From the NCBI GenBank assembly GCA_041390825.1, contig JAWKPF010000019.1:10894-74893 (forward strand): a stretch of 64,000 nt of DNA. Direction: 5' to 3'. Position numbers and translations under genes: made by a program. The DNA is from Thermomicrobiales bacterium (GTDB lineage Bacteria; Chloroflexota; Chloroflexia; Thermomicrobiales; UBA6265). Shown piece by piece: positions 20,574 to 29,614 of the stretch (positions are counted from its first letter, which is position 1; each line of letters begins with the position of its first letter). Below the pieces are notes generated by a model. It worked only from the letters and a program-made list of their open reading frames with translations. It was not told the DNA's origin and did no database searches.

Positions 20574-22016
20574 ATGCGCTGCCGCGTTCAGCGGTTGATT
20601 CTGGTGCCCGTCACAACGGCCCTGCCGAACATCCATCCAACTCGAGGCAATTTCATCGTGCCAAAAGGCGCAACGATCGAACTGATCCCTGTTCTCTCTC
20701 CGTCGCCGCTTCCTGAGAATGGCAAGCTGTTCCACATTTGGACAATTGGTTGCCAGATGAACGAAGCCGATAGCGCGCGCGTCGCCGCGATGTTGCATGA
20801 AGCCGGGTATCGCGCCACGGAGAACGAGGCCGAGGCAGACATCGTCGTGCTCAATTCGTGCGTGGTGCGTCAGGCAGCCGAGGACAAGGTATCCGGCAAG
20901 CTCAATTCGTTGATTCGCGAGAAACGCGCGCGTCCAGACATGAGTCTCGTGCTGACCGGCTGCATGGTGACCAACCAGCAGGAAAAGCTGAAGGCGCGTT
21001 TCCCGCATGTCGATCTCTTCTTCGACCCATCCGACTTCGAATCGCTCAAGCATTTTGTGCCCGAGCTGTCCGAAATGGAGGACGATCTCCAGCAGCTTCC
21101 GCACTACTACCTGGAAGACGCCGCCGATGCGGCAGTCTCCGCTTTTGTGCCGATCATCTACGGCTGCAATTTCCTCTGCTCGTACTGCATCGTCCCGTAT
21201 CGCCGCGGAAAGGAAACCAGTCGGCCGTTCGACGACATCGTCGATGAGGTGCGCGGGCTGGTGGAGCGCGGGGTGCGCGACGTCACCCTCCTGGGACAGA
21301 CAGTGAACGCATACGGGCACGATCTGCCAGAGAAGCCGGATCTTGCCGATCTCTTGCGTGCGGTAGGAGCGATCGAAGGGCTGGATCGGCTCCGGTTCCT
21401 TACCTCGCATCCCAAGTACATGTCCGACCGCATTCTCGAGGCGATGGCCGACGTGCCCGCCATTTGCGAGCATCTGAATCTGCCCGTGCAAGCTGGCGAC
21501 AACGAGGTGTTGCGCCGCATGCGACGCACATACACTGCCGACCTCTGGCTCGACCGCCTGGCCAAGGCGCGCGAGTTGATGCCCGGCATTACGGTCGCCA
21601 CTGACATCATCGTGGGTTTCCCGGGCGAGACCGACGAACAGTTCCAGCACACGCTCGATGTTCTGGAAGCGGCCGATTGCGACAAAGTCCATGTGGCGAT
21701 GTATTCGCCGCGGCCGGGAACGCTTTCTGCCCGGTGGGAGGACGATGTTCCGCCCGATGTCAAACATGCCCGCCACAGCGCTGTCGAGGCACTGCAAGAA
21801 CGGCTCTGCACTGCGCGGAACGCAGGTCGGGTCGGCCAACAGCTGGAGGTCCTGATCGACTCGAAGAACAAGGGACGCTGGGGTGGCCGCAGCCGGGGGA
21901 ACACCCTGGTCCACGTCGCTGACGAGCGTAACTTGCTTGGGTCGATCGTCGATGTGCGCATTACTGAATCGAGTCCCTGGTATCTCATCGGAGAAGTCGT
22001 CGGCTCACCCCGATAG
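20574..22016 (+). CDS. miaB: tRNA-i6A37 methylthiotransferase MiaB
   Basis: FHIWTIGCQMNEADS...IYGCNFLCSYCIVPYRRG (radical-SAM CxxxCxxC) plus a C-terminal TRAM domain. The true start is probably internal (for example GTG 20658). Confidence 0.92.
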   Translation: MRCRVQRLILVPVTTALPNIHPTRGNFIVPKGATIELIPVLSPSPLPENGKLFHIWTIGCQMNEADSARVAAMLHEAGYRATENEAEADIVVLNSCVVRQAAEDKVSGKLNSLIREKRARPDMSLVLTGCMVTNQQEKLKARFPHVDLFFDPSDFESLKHFVPELSEMEDDLQQLPHYYLEDAADAAVSAFVPIIYGCNFLCSYCIVPYRRGKETSRPFDDIVDEVRGLVERGVRDVTLLGQTVNAYGHDLPEKPDLADLLRAVGAIEGLDRLRFLTSHPKYMSDRILEAMADVPAICEHLNLPVQAGDNEVLRRMRRTYTADLWLDRLAKARELMPGITVATDIIVGFPGETDEQFQHTLDVLEAADCDKVHVAMYSPRPGTLSARWEDDVPPDVKHARHSAVEALQERLCTARNAGRVGQQLEVLIDSKNKGRWGGRSRGNTLVHVADERNLLGSIVDVRITESSPWYLIGEVVGSPR

Positions 22017-22034
22017 CTCGTTTTTTCAAGGAAG

Positions 22035-22892
22035 GTGATGGCGTACATGCCAGAAGCGAAACAGAAGATTCGTCGTCAGGTCATCGAAGAGGCACGCCAG
22101 GCAGCGCTGCAAGGTGATTGGGACGCCGCGATCGAAATCAACAAGGAGCTGATTGCACGCGATCCCAAGGACAGTGCCGCGTACAACCGGCTAGGGCGCG
22201 CATATCTCGAGCGCCGCGACTACGCCACGGCATATGAGGCGTATTCGGATGCGCTCAAGAGCGACCCGGCCAATCTGATCTCGCGCCGCAATCTGCAGCG
22301 GCTCGAATATCTTCGCGCGGCAAAGGATACTGGGCGCGAGGCTCCGGCCACCGAGTTCCCGCGCACGCTTGTCTTCATCGAAGAGGTCGGCAAGACCTGG
22401 GTGGACGAGCTTGTCAATCCGGCGCCAATGACCGAGCTGGCGGAAATCTACGCAGGCCAGAAACTGGAGCTTGTGCCGGAAGGCAGCCGACTGGCGGTGC
22501 ACGATTCCAGCGGCCGGCGCATTGGCGAAATCGAGGCCAAGACAGCCGAGCGTGTCATGCAGTTGATGGCCGCCGGGAATGTCTACGAAGTCTATGCGTT
22601 GGGGCCATCCGCTGCCTCGATCCGCGTGATCCTGCGCGAAGTGCATCGCGATCCGGCATTGGCTGGCCAGATCTCGTTCCCTCGGCAGATTGCGGCGACC
22701 CGCAAGTATCTCCGGGAGCGCGACGACCTTCGCCGCCGTGATGAAGCGGACTTCTATCTCGATGAGGATGAAATCGAGGAAGACGATCTGGTCGGCGCCG
22801 GCGTGGACTCTGAAGATGACGCGCTGGAGAGCGAGAATCTCGACACGCTTGGCGATGTCGACCCCGGCGAGGACGATCCGAACGCGCTGTAG
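22035..22892 (+). CDS. TPR-repeat protein with acidic C-terminal tail
   Basis: GDWDAAIEINKELIARDPKDSAAYNRLGRAYLERRDYATAYEAYSDALKSDP are TPR units. The C-terminus is DEDEIEEDD...DDPNAL. Start ambiguous (22035, 22038 or 22047). Confidence 0.7.
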   Translation: MMAYMPEAKQKIRRQVIEEARQAALQGDWDAAIEINKELIARDPKDSAAYNRLGRAYLERRDYATAYEAYSDALKSDPANLISRRNLQRLEYLRAAKDTGREAPATEFPRTLVFIEEVGKTWVDELVNPAPMTELAEIYAGQKLELVPEGSRLAVHDSSGRRIGEIEAKTAERVMQLMAAGNVYEVYALGPSAASIRVILREVHRDPALAGQISFPRQIAATRKYLRERDDLRRRDEADFYLDEDEIEEDDLVGAGVDSEDDALESENLDTLGDVDPGEDDPNAL

Positions 22893-22923
22893 TCGGCGGT
22901 TCGAATCCAGCGCACTCAAACGA

Positions 22924-22955
22924 AAACGGCGCGAGCGGAATGCCTCGCGCCGTTT
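22924..22955. terminator. bidirectional terminator between convergent genes
   Basis: AAACGGCGCGAG-CGGAATGC-CTCGCGCCGTTT, with A-run/T-run flanks. It lies between the TPR gene (+) and the 22981..23310 gene (-). Confidence 0.7.
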
Positions 22956-22980
22956 GGCTTGCCAGTTTGCCTGAGCGGTT

Positions 22981-23310
22981 CTAGTCGAGGATGAAGAGAA
23001 GCACGAACATCACCACGAGCAGGGCTCCGGCGGTGATAATCAGACGTCGCAGATCCGACCGAATGTAGGCGTACTCAACCTCGCGCGGGAGCACGTAGCT
23101 GGCCGATTGCGCGCTCTGCCGGCGATTGACGCGACGGCTCGCCTGCGCGGGTGCAGTCGCAGGCGCCTCGACCAGGTTTTCCTGATCCAACGCTACCGAC
23201 ATGTCGATCGGCGCCGGAGCATTGGTTTCGGCGAGCCGCACCTGCTGCGCCTTGCGTTGCGCCCGGTTCGGCTGGCGGTTGGTTCGCTTGCTCTTCGATC
23301 GGTCGCTCAC
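22981..23310 (-). CDS. hypothetical tail-anchored membrane protein
   Basis: 109 aa with a basic N-terminus (SKSKRTNRQPNRAQRKAQQ) and a single C-terminal TM (LIITAGALLVVMFVLLFIL). No family recognised. Confidence 0.55.
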   Translation of the reverse strand: MSDRSKSKRTNRQPNRAQRKAQQVRLAETNAPAPIDMSVALDQENLVEAPATAPAQASRRVNRRQSAQSASYVLPREVEYAYIRSDLRRLIITAGALLVVMFVLLFILD

Positions 23311-23335
23311 GTTGGCGATGTCCTCAATCTCGGGC

Positions 23336-23662
23336 CTATTTCACCCGGTAGGTCGCTTCGTAGACAGTCGTGCCGTTCGCTGACTCAGTGCTGCTTGCAC
23401 GAGCAGGTTCCGGGGCGGCCTCCTGATTCGCAAAGAACTTCTGCAAGAGCGCCACGGATGCAGAGGCCGCGAGAAGGATAACCCCGATGTCGTCGACTTG
23501 CCCGACTCCCAACAGGAAATCGGGAACGAGATCGATCGGCGAGATCACGTACGCGGCCGCGACTGCCGGGATTGCAGCTTTGGCCCAGAAGGGAATCTTC
23601 GGGTCGCGCATGAGCGGCCACAGCGCGGTCATGCTCTTCAATCGGGTCGTGCGAGACTTCAT
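23336..23662 (-). CDS. DUF1232 (YkvA-like) membrane protein
   Basis: RDPKIPFWAKAAIPAVAAAYVISPIDLVPDFLLGVGQVDDIGVILL is the DUF1232 signature. Start trimmed to ATG 23662. Confidence 0.75.
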   Translation of the reverse strand: MKSRTTRLKSMTALWPLMRDPKIPFWAKAAIPAVAAAYVISPIDLVPDFLLGVGQVDDIGVILLAASASVALLQKFFANQEAAPEPARASSTESANGTTVYEATYRVK

Positions 23663-23781
23663 TTGGCGATCAGCTCCTTTGCCAATTCTTGTCGAATCGG
23701 TGGCGACCGAATGCGCCGCTGCACCAGATTCGCCCAAGAGTTTACCCGATTTTTCGCATCCTTGCGTCGATGTGTGTCAAG

Positions 23782-24432
23782 TTAGTTGCATGTCACGCAT
23801 CGCCTGGCCCGCTCGATCTGTTCAGGGCTGTTCAGGCTGAAGAGCGAATCCATCATTGGATCGAGGCGACGAAGCTCGGCTTCGGGAAACGCGTCGACCG
23901 TCACTCGTCCGATGAGGGAGACGATTGCACGCTCTCCTTCTGCCAACACCGCCTCGATGTCCGCCCGGAGCCCACGGTGATAGACGCCAGGCATCGGGTG
24001 CCATCGGCCGTCCGCGGTCCGAGGCAGGAGGAGGGAAGCATCCGTTTGCCACGAGGCCATTGCTTGCAGCAGTTCGAATGATAGGCATGGCGCATCGCAT
24101 GCCAACACCATCAACCGATTGGCCGACGTAGCCGACAACGCGGTGTGTACTCCCGCAAGTGGTCCTGCCCCAGGAAAGCGGTCTGGCACCACGGGCACTC
24201 CGAGCTCGAGCTCCTCGTACCGTTCGTGACCGATCACGACCGTGTCAGGGGAAATCCTGAGCCCGATCGAAACCGTGCGTTCGAGCAAGGTCGGGCCCTC
24301 GCGGCAAAGCCGCACCAGCGCCTTGTCCTCCCCAAAGCGCGAAGAAGCGCCTCCTGCCAGCACGGCAACGGCAAGCTCTGGAGCTCGAGCGTCATTACTC
24401 TTGAGGACGGGTCGAGTAGGGTGGTTCATCAT
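23782..24432 (-). CDS. mobA: molybdenum cofactor guanylyltransferase
   Basis: VAVLAGGASSRFGEDKALV...PDRFPGAGPLAGVHTAL...LACDAP are MobA-like NTP-transferase motifs. Confidence 0.85.
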   Translation of the reverse strand: MMNHPTRPVLKSNDARAPELAVAVLAGGASSRFGEDKALVRLCREGPTLLERTVSIGLRISPDTVVIGHERYEELELGVPVVPDRFPGAGPLAGVHTALSATSANRLMVLACDAPCLSFELLQAMASWQTDASLLLPRTADGRWHPMPGVYHRGLRADIEAVLAEGERAIVSLIGRVTVDAFPEAELRRLDPMMDSLFSLNSPEQIERARRCVTCN

Positions 24433-24564
24433 TCCTTAACGCTGGCCCGAATTCTTGCTAGAATACTGGCCAACGCAACCGATCCAGGTTCGGCGTGAAA
24501 GGATTTGGCAGTGACGAGGCAGTCACCGCCACAGTCAGTGGCAATCCGCAGCAACCCGCAACGA

Positions 24565-24600
24565 GCACCAATGCAGTCACTGCATGGTGCTTTTTTGTTT
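24565..24600 (+). terminator. strong intrinsic terminator upstream of the SWIM gene
   Basis: GCACCA(A)TGCA-GTCAC-TGCATGGTGC (11 bp with one bulge) followed by TTTTTTGTTTT. It works on the plus strand only. Confidence 0.8.
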
Positions 24601-24649
24601 TGGTCGTAATTGTCCGTCAGCGACGGTTCGCGGTTACCGGAGGGGTCAC

Positions 24650-24919
24650 ATGAACTCAGCCATGATTGGGAAGATCGAGAAGGCGCACCGATACGCGCAG
24701 GAACCAGAGCGCATACAGTTTCAGGAGTTTAAGGCGACGTTTCAGGGTGGTCATGACAGCTACGAAGTCGCGTTCGATGGCGAACATTGGACGTGCAACT
24801 GTCATACATTCGAGTCTCATGCCGTAGGTACATGCAGCCACATCATGGCAATGCAGCTCATCCTCGCACCTATGCTGTCGAACGACGCGCGCTACGCGAC
24901 CGAGCTGCAACCGGCTTGA
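24650..24919 (+). CDS. small SWIM zinc-finger protein
   Basis: 89 aa. WTCNCHTFESHAVGTCSHIMAM fits the SWIM CxCx(n)CxH pattern. GGAGGGG SD precedes the ATG at 24650. Confidence 0.7.
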   Translation: MNSAMIGKIEKAHRYAQEPERIQFQEFKATFQGGHDSYEVAFDGEHWTCNCHTFESHAVGTCSHIMAMQLILAPMLSNDARYATELQPA

Positions 24920-25254
24920 GCCTCGGCGCAAATTCGCTCGAACTGGGCAACGCGGAGGACGAACACCACCGCGCCTCCTACCGACACGGTGTGCACGTCG
25001 GCCCCGGTGAGCTCATAGAGTTCGGCATCGAGCTCATCGGGCACCACCTCCACCCGCGAGCGTGAACTGGCCCGAATGAGCTCCAGGCACTCGGAGACGC
25101 GTTCGTCCTCGACGCCCATGAGGACGGTGGAATTGCCCGCCCGCAGGAATCCCCCGGTGCTCTGAATGCGCGTGACGCGGAATCCAGCGCTTGTGACATT
25201 TCGAAGCAGGGGATCCGTGTCGTACGCTTGCACAATCGCTACGATGAGTTTCAC
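24892..25254 (-). CDS. darA: PII-like c-di-AMP receptor, DarA/YaaQ (DUF970) family
   Basis: VKLIVAIVQAYDTDPLLRNVTSAGFRVTRIQSTGGFLRAGNSTVLMGVEDERV...VGGAVVFVLRV closely parallels B. subtilis DarA as I recall it. GTG 25254 with GGAAGGTGA SD. Confidence 0.82.
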   Translation of the reverse strand: MKLIVAIVQAYDTDPLLRNVTSAGFRVTRIQSTGGFLRAGNSTVLMGVEDERVSECLELIRASSRSRVEVVPDELDAELYELTGADVHTVSVGGAVVFVLRVAQFERICAEAQAGCSSVA

Positions 25255-25322
25255 TTGCCGGTCACCTTCCGTCTGGTCGTCTGGTGCGTTGCTGTGAAAA
25301 GTTCGTCGCTGAGGGCGTGCAC

Positions 25323-26094
25323 GTGGGTTCCGATCCGAAAACGTCAGGACGCTTGCTTGCGTCACTCGCATGGACCGAGATCAGCGAATCGCTTGATTCG
25401 CGCTCGATCGTTCTTCTGCCGATAGGCGCCGTCGAGGCGCATGGTCCCCACCTGGGACTCGACACGGACGTCATTATTGCGCAAGCCGCCGCTGGGAGCG
25501 CGGCTCATCGATTCCAGGCGATAGGCCGCCAGGCATGGATTGCGCCGCCGATTTGGTACGGCGTCTCGTTCGTCGGCGCTTCCTTTCCAGGTACAACGCC
25601 CGTGGCTCCCGAGCCGTTCCGCTTGTATCTCGAGTGGGTGTTGCGCGGGTTGAGCGCGATGGGACCGTCTGATGTGGTGGTTGTCAATGCCCACCTGGAA
25701 CCAGCGCATTTCGATGCGATTCTCGATGCGTGCGCAACCGTCTCGGCAGATGTTGGCCGGGTGATCCATGCCGTCGACTACCGGCAACGGGGCTGGGCTG
25801 AGCGGTTGGGCGCCGAGTTTTCCGGCGGAAGCCGGCACGCCGGGAGCTATGAGACGTCTATCGTGCTTGCGGCGAGTCGACTCGGTGCGAACCGATTTGC
25901 TTGCCGATCTCGAGCCGGTGTCGATCGATCTTCCCGCGGCGCTGAGGTCGGGTGCGAGCACGTTCGACGAAGCCGGCGGGTCATTGGCCTACTTTGGGAA
26001 TCCCGCTAGTGCGTCTGCCGAGGAGGGCAAACGGCTTCTTGAGACGGGGGCGATCATCGTCGAGAGCTACCTGCAGAAAGTCGACAGACCATGA
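25323..26094 (+). pseudogene. creatininase-family amidohydrolase, frameshifted
   Basis: The N-terminal two thirds (..LLPIGAVEAHGPHLGLDTDV...NAHLEP...HAGSYETSIVLAA) are in one frame. The family-typical C-terminus (VRTDLLADLEPVSIDLP...GSLAYFGNPASASAEEGKRLLE) continues in the +1 frame from about 25875-25885 and ends in an ATGA overlap with the next gene. Confidence 0.7.
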
Positions 26095-27363
26095 GCGGCG
26101 CGCATTCGCTCCATCTGACCGAAACCGAGCGCGGCATGCTGGCGGGTGACGATGGCCCGGCGGCGGCGCTTGCCATGCGCATCCTCACCCGGGTTGCTCC
26201 GCTCTACGGAGCCGACCGCTTCATCGAAGTCACGAAAGCGCACATCGACGGCATTGTCTACGAGGGAAATGCAGGCCTCGCGTTTGCGGAAAGGTTGGCC
26301 GACCTGGGGGGACGGGTACGGGTGCCAACCTCGCTCAATGTCATGTCGATGGATCGCACCAATTGGCGAGCGCTTGGCCAGGATCCGCAGTTTGCCGACA
26401 ATGCTCGCCGGCTCGGCATGGCCTATGTGCGCATGGGCGCAGTGCCGGGTTTCACCTGCGCTCCTTATCACACCGAGGCGACTCCGGTCTTCGGAGAGCA
26501 AATCGCGTGGTCCGAATCGAATGCCGTCGCCTATGCAAATTCGGTCATCGGCGCCCGCACCAACCGATACGGAGACTATCTCGACATTTCCTGCGCCCTC
26601 ACCGGGCGGGTTCCGGCGTCGGGTCTGCACTTGACCGAGCATCGGAAAGGAACGCATCACTTCCGCCTCGCTGGCATATCACGCGCGTTGCAGGAGCGCG
26701 ACGATTTCTATCCGGTGCTTGGCTATCTGCTTGGGCAATCAGTTTCCAGCGGCGTGCCCGTGATCGACGGGCTCGACGTCGATCCGACCAGCGATCAACT
26801 GAAGGCGCTGGCGGCAGCAGCGGCTTCATCCGGCGCAATCGCGTTGTTCCATATCGTCGGCGTGACCCCTGAGGCTCCCGATTTGCAGCAGGCGTTTCGG
26901 CGAACGGCCGTCGCAGTCGGTTCTCGTCACGCCAGAGCAGCTGCGAGCGGTGCGGAACACACTCACGACAGCAACGTCGGCCGACGTCGATGTGGTGGCG
27001 TTTGGGAGTCCCCATGCCAGCCTACGGGAGTGTGTCGAGCTGGCTTAACTGATGCGCGGACGACATGCGAAGCCCGGCCTGCAGGTCTATCTGACCACAA
27101 GCCGAGCCATCAAGGAGATTCTGGAGCGCACCGGCGCGTTGCACGAGATCGAGGCCTTTGGAACAAGTGTGGTAGTGGATACCTGCATTGCGGTCGCGCC
27201 ATTGGTGAAACCAGGCGCGAAGGTATTGATGACCAACTCGGGGAAATACGCGCATTACGGGCCAGGGATCATCGGTGTCGATTCGATCTATGGTTCGACA
27301 CGGGAATGCATCGAGGCGGCAGTCAGCGGCAAGGCAGCGGTGGACGATTCGGTATGGCACTAG
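26091..27363 (+). pseudogene. aconitase X large subunit / DUF521 (AcnX catalytic domain), frameshift plus in-frame stop
   Basis: The frame starting at 26091 is DUF521-like up to ..ALFHIVGVTPEAPDLQQAF. The homologous continuation GERPSQSVLVTPEQLRAVRNTL..VDVVAFGSPHASLRECVELA is in the +1 frame from the T-run at 26895-26898. It hits TAA at 27046..27048 and then resumes as LMRGRHAKPGLQVYLTTSRAI...DTC..TNSGKYAHYGPG, ending at 27363. Confidence 0.75.
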
Positions 27364-27764
27364 CGCATCTGCGCGAGCCGCTGGTCGACGGGGCCGCGAC
27401 CGGAACTGCCCTCGTGACCGATACCCCACTCAGCTTCTGGGTAGTGGACCCACGAACCGGAGAAGTCATCGACCGGCGCCATCCGTTGGCGGGGACGATG
27501 ACCGGCCGTGTGCTGGCTCTTCCCGCTGGGAGGATCTTGCTCGCCAGCGGTGTGCTGCTCGAGTCGATCGCCAATGGCGCGGCGCCGGTGGGCATCGTCA
27601 TCTCCGAAATCGATCCCATCATCGGGCTGGGAGCGATTCTGGGTGAGGAATTGTTGGGCATCACCGTTCCGGTTGTCCTGGTTACCGCTGAAGAACGAGC
27701 GTCGATCGTTCGTGGAGTCCTGGTCTCGATCGAACCCGGCGGAACGATCGTTGTCGGAGAATGA
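27354..27764 (+). CDS. aconitase X swivel-domain small subunit (DUF126)
   Basis: MALAHLREPLVDGAATGTALVTDTPLSFWVVDPRTGEVIDRRHPLAGTMTGRVLALPAG...NGAAPVGIVISEIDPIIGLGAI matches DUF126. The ATG at 27354 overlaps the upstream stop. The motif after LPAG is atypical (see findings). Confidence 0.72.
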   Translation: MALAHLREPLVDGAATGTALVTDTPLSFWVVDPRTGEVIDRRHPLAGTMTGRVLALPAGRILLASGVLLESIANGAAPVGIVISEIDPIIGLGAILGEELLGITVPVVLVTAEERASIVRGVLVSIEPGGTIVVGE

Positions 27765-27841
27765 ACGAGCGGTGAGGTCGTTCCCGCGATCCCACCGCTC
27801 GAACGAGTCGTACTTTCCGTTGCGGTCGGAACACCTGCTGA

Positions 27842-28939
27842 TCAGGCGATTCTCCGGGCCACCTCGTCACCAAACGCATCGGTGGACGCAGCTGGCAGAT
27901 CGCCAGCAATGTCGTAGGTGCGAATTCCAGCCTCGATCGTTTCGTTGACGGCGCGTTCCACATCGGCGGCGGCCGCCTCGAGTCCAAGCGAGGTGCGCAA
28001 TAGCATCGCGAACGACAGAATCGTGCCAACAGGGTTCGCACGACCCTGGCCTGCCATGCTCGGAGCCGAGCCATGGATCGGCTCATAGACGCCTCTGCGA
28101 CGGCTATCATCCGCGCCGCGCTGCGCCCCGATGCTCGCTGACGGCAGGAGACCGATCGACCCGGCGAGCACGGAGGCCTCATCGGTCAGGATGTCTCCGA
28201 ACATGTTCTCCATGACGACCACATCGAAGCGTGACGGCTGCCGCACGAGCCGCATCGACATCGCGTCGACGAGCACATGCTCGACAGTGACATCTGGATA
28301 GTCGGGCGCGGTCTCTTCCACGATCTGCCGCCACAGGCGCGAGGTCGCGAGCACATTCATCTTGTCGACGCTGGCGAGTTGCTTGCGCCGGGTGCGCGCC
28401 AGCTCGAATGCAAGACGGACGACACGCGCGATTTCGGCTTCGCTATAGCGCATGGTGTCGACCGCGGAACGTCCCTTGCTGGTGGTGCGTTGACCAGACG
28501 GCTTGCCGAAGTAGATCCCGCCGGTGAGCTCGCGGACGACCACCAGGTCGGTGCCAGAGACGATCTCGGTCTTGACTGGCGATGTATGCGCCAGCGCCGA
28601 GTTGACCGCCACTGGGCGGAGGTTGGCAAAGAGGCCCATTCCCTTGCGCAGCGCAAGGAGACCTCGCTCAGGGCGCCGCGAGACCTCGATGTTGTCCCAG
28701 GCCGGACCGCCCACCGCGCCGAGCAGCACGGCATCGGCTTTCTTGCAGATGGCAAGATCTTCGGTTCGCAACGGCACGCCATACGCGTCGATCGCCGCAC
28801 CGCCGATCTCGACGTTCGTGGTCTCGAAGAGCACGTCGTACTTGGTCGCGACGGCTTCCATCGCCTTGACGGCCTGCGACACGATTTCGGGACCGACTCC
28901 GTCGCCCGGCATGAGAACGATGTTCGCTTTGGTTGCCAC
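27842..28939 (-). CDS. leuB: 3-isopropylmalate dehydrogenase
   Basis: ANIVLMPGDGVGPEIV...LGAVGGPAWD...NMFGDILTDEASVLAGSIGLLPSAS. The start is uncertain: GTG 28939 was chosen, with ATG 28993 as the alternative. Confidence 0.93.
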   Translation of the reverse strand: MATKANIVLMPGDGVGPEIVSQAVKAMEAVATKYDVLFETTNVEIGGAAIDAYGVPLRTEDLAICKKADAVLLGAVGGPAWDNIEVSRRPERGLLALRKGMGLFANLRPVAVNSALAHTSPVKTEIVSGTDLVVVRELTGGIYFGKPSGQRTTSKGRSAVDTMRYSEAEIARVVRLAFELARTRRKQLASVDKMNVLATSRLWRQIVEETAPDYPDVTVEHVLVDAMSMRLVRQPSRFDVVVMENMFGDILTDEASVLAGSIGLLPSASIGAQRGADDSRRRGVYEPIHGSAPSMAGQGRANPVGTILSFAMLLRTSLGLEAAAADVERAVNETIEAGIRTYDIAGDLPAASTDAFGDEVARRIA

Positions 28940-29009
28940 TCGCTTGATTTCCTCCGTTTGGACATGATGATGGGCGCTTCGTCGAGCGCCCATCGCTGAT
29001 TCCCTGGCG

Positions 29010-29609
29010 TTACGGGATGTGAATGCTTGGCATCCAGGCCGGGCGGGTCGCCTCGTAGGCGGTGATGTCTTCCGCATGCCGCATGGTAATGCCGATGTCG
29101 TCGAGCCCTTCGAGGAGCCGGTACTGCGTGAAATCGTCCATCGGAAACTCGATCTCTACGCCGATCTCAGGGACGGAGAGGGTTCGATTTTCGATGTCGA
29201 TCGACATCTCCAGTCCCGGTTCATCAGTAGCCGCTCGCATCAGCAGGTCGTTGACATCCTCCGGTACGACCACCGGCACCAAACCGGTCTTGGTCGCGTT
29301 ATTGCGGAAGATGTCGCCAAACTTGGGGCAGATCACGGCCTGAATGCCGTTTTCCATCAACGCCCACACAGCATGTTCGCGAGAGCTGCCGATCCCGAAG
29401 TTCGGGCCCGCAATCAGGATGGAACCGCCCTGATACTCGGGCTTGTTCATGACGAAGTCCGGATCCTGCTTCCAGGAGGAGAACAGCCCTTCGGCGAAGC
29501 CAGTTCGCTCCACACGGCGTAGCCAGACGGCCGGGATGATCTGGTCGGTATCGACATTGGCACGGTCGAGCGGAATCGCCTTGCCTTCGATCTTCTGAAT
29601 CTTCTGCAT
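29010..29609 (-). CDS. leuD: 3-isopropylmalate dehydratase small subunit
   Basis: VDTDQIIPAVWL...ILIAGPNFGIGSSREHAVWAL. Confidence 0.95.
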   Translation of the reverse strand: MQKIQKIEGKAIPLDRANVDTDQIIPAVWLRRVERTGFAEGLFSSWKQDPDFVMNKPEYQGGSILIAGPNFGIGSSREHAVWALMENGIQAVICPKFGDIFRNNATKTGLVPVVVPEDVNDLLMRAATDEPGLEMSIDIENRTLSVPEIGVEIEFPMDDFTQYRLLEGLDDIGITMRHAEDITAYEATRPAWMPSIHIP

Positions 29610-29614
29610 GGCGG

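Noticed and set aside
24433-24600. Molybdenum-cofactor (Moco) riboswitch, considered because the structured RNA is adjacent to mobA.
   Set aside because: The RNA is transcribed away from mobA toward the SWIM gene, and I could not recognise Moco-motif conserved blocks. It is kept only as an unclassified structured leader.
26091-27764. The 557-aa ORF read as a single intact fused (type I) aconitase X protein.
   Set aside because: Residues ~270-420 of that translation (RRTAVAVGSRHARAAASG...RGGSQRQGSGGRFG) are out-of-frame sequence. The homologous DUF521 sequence runs in the +1 frame and contains a TAA. The call was therefore split into a pseudogene plus a separate DUF126 CDS.
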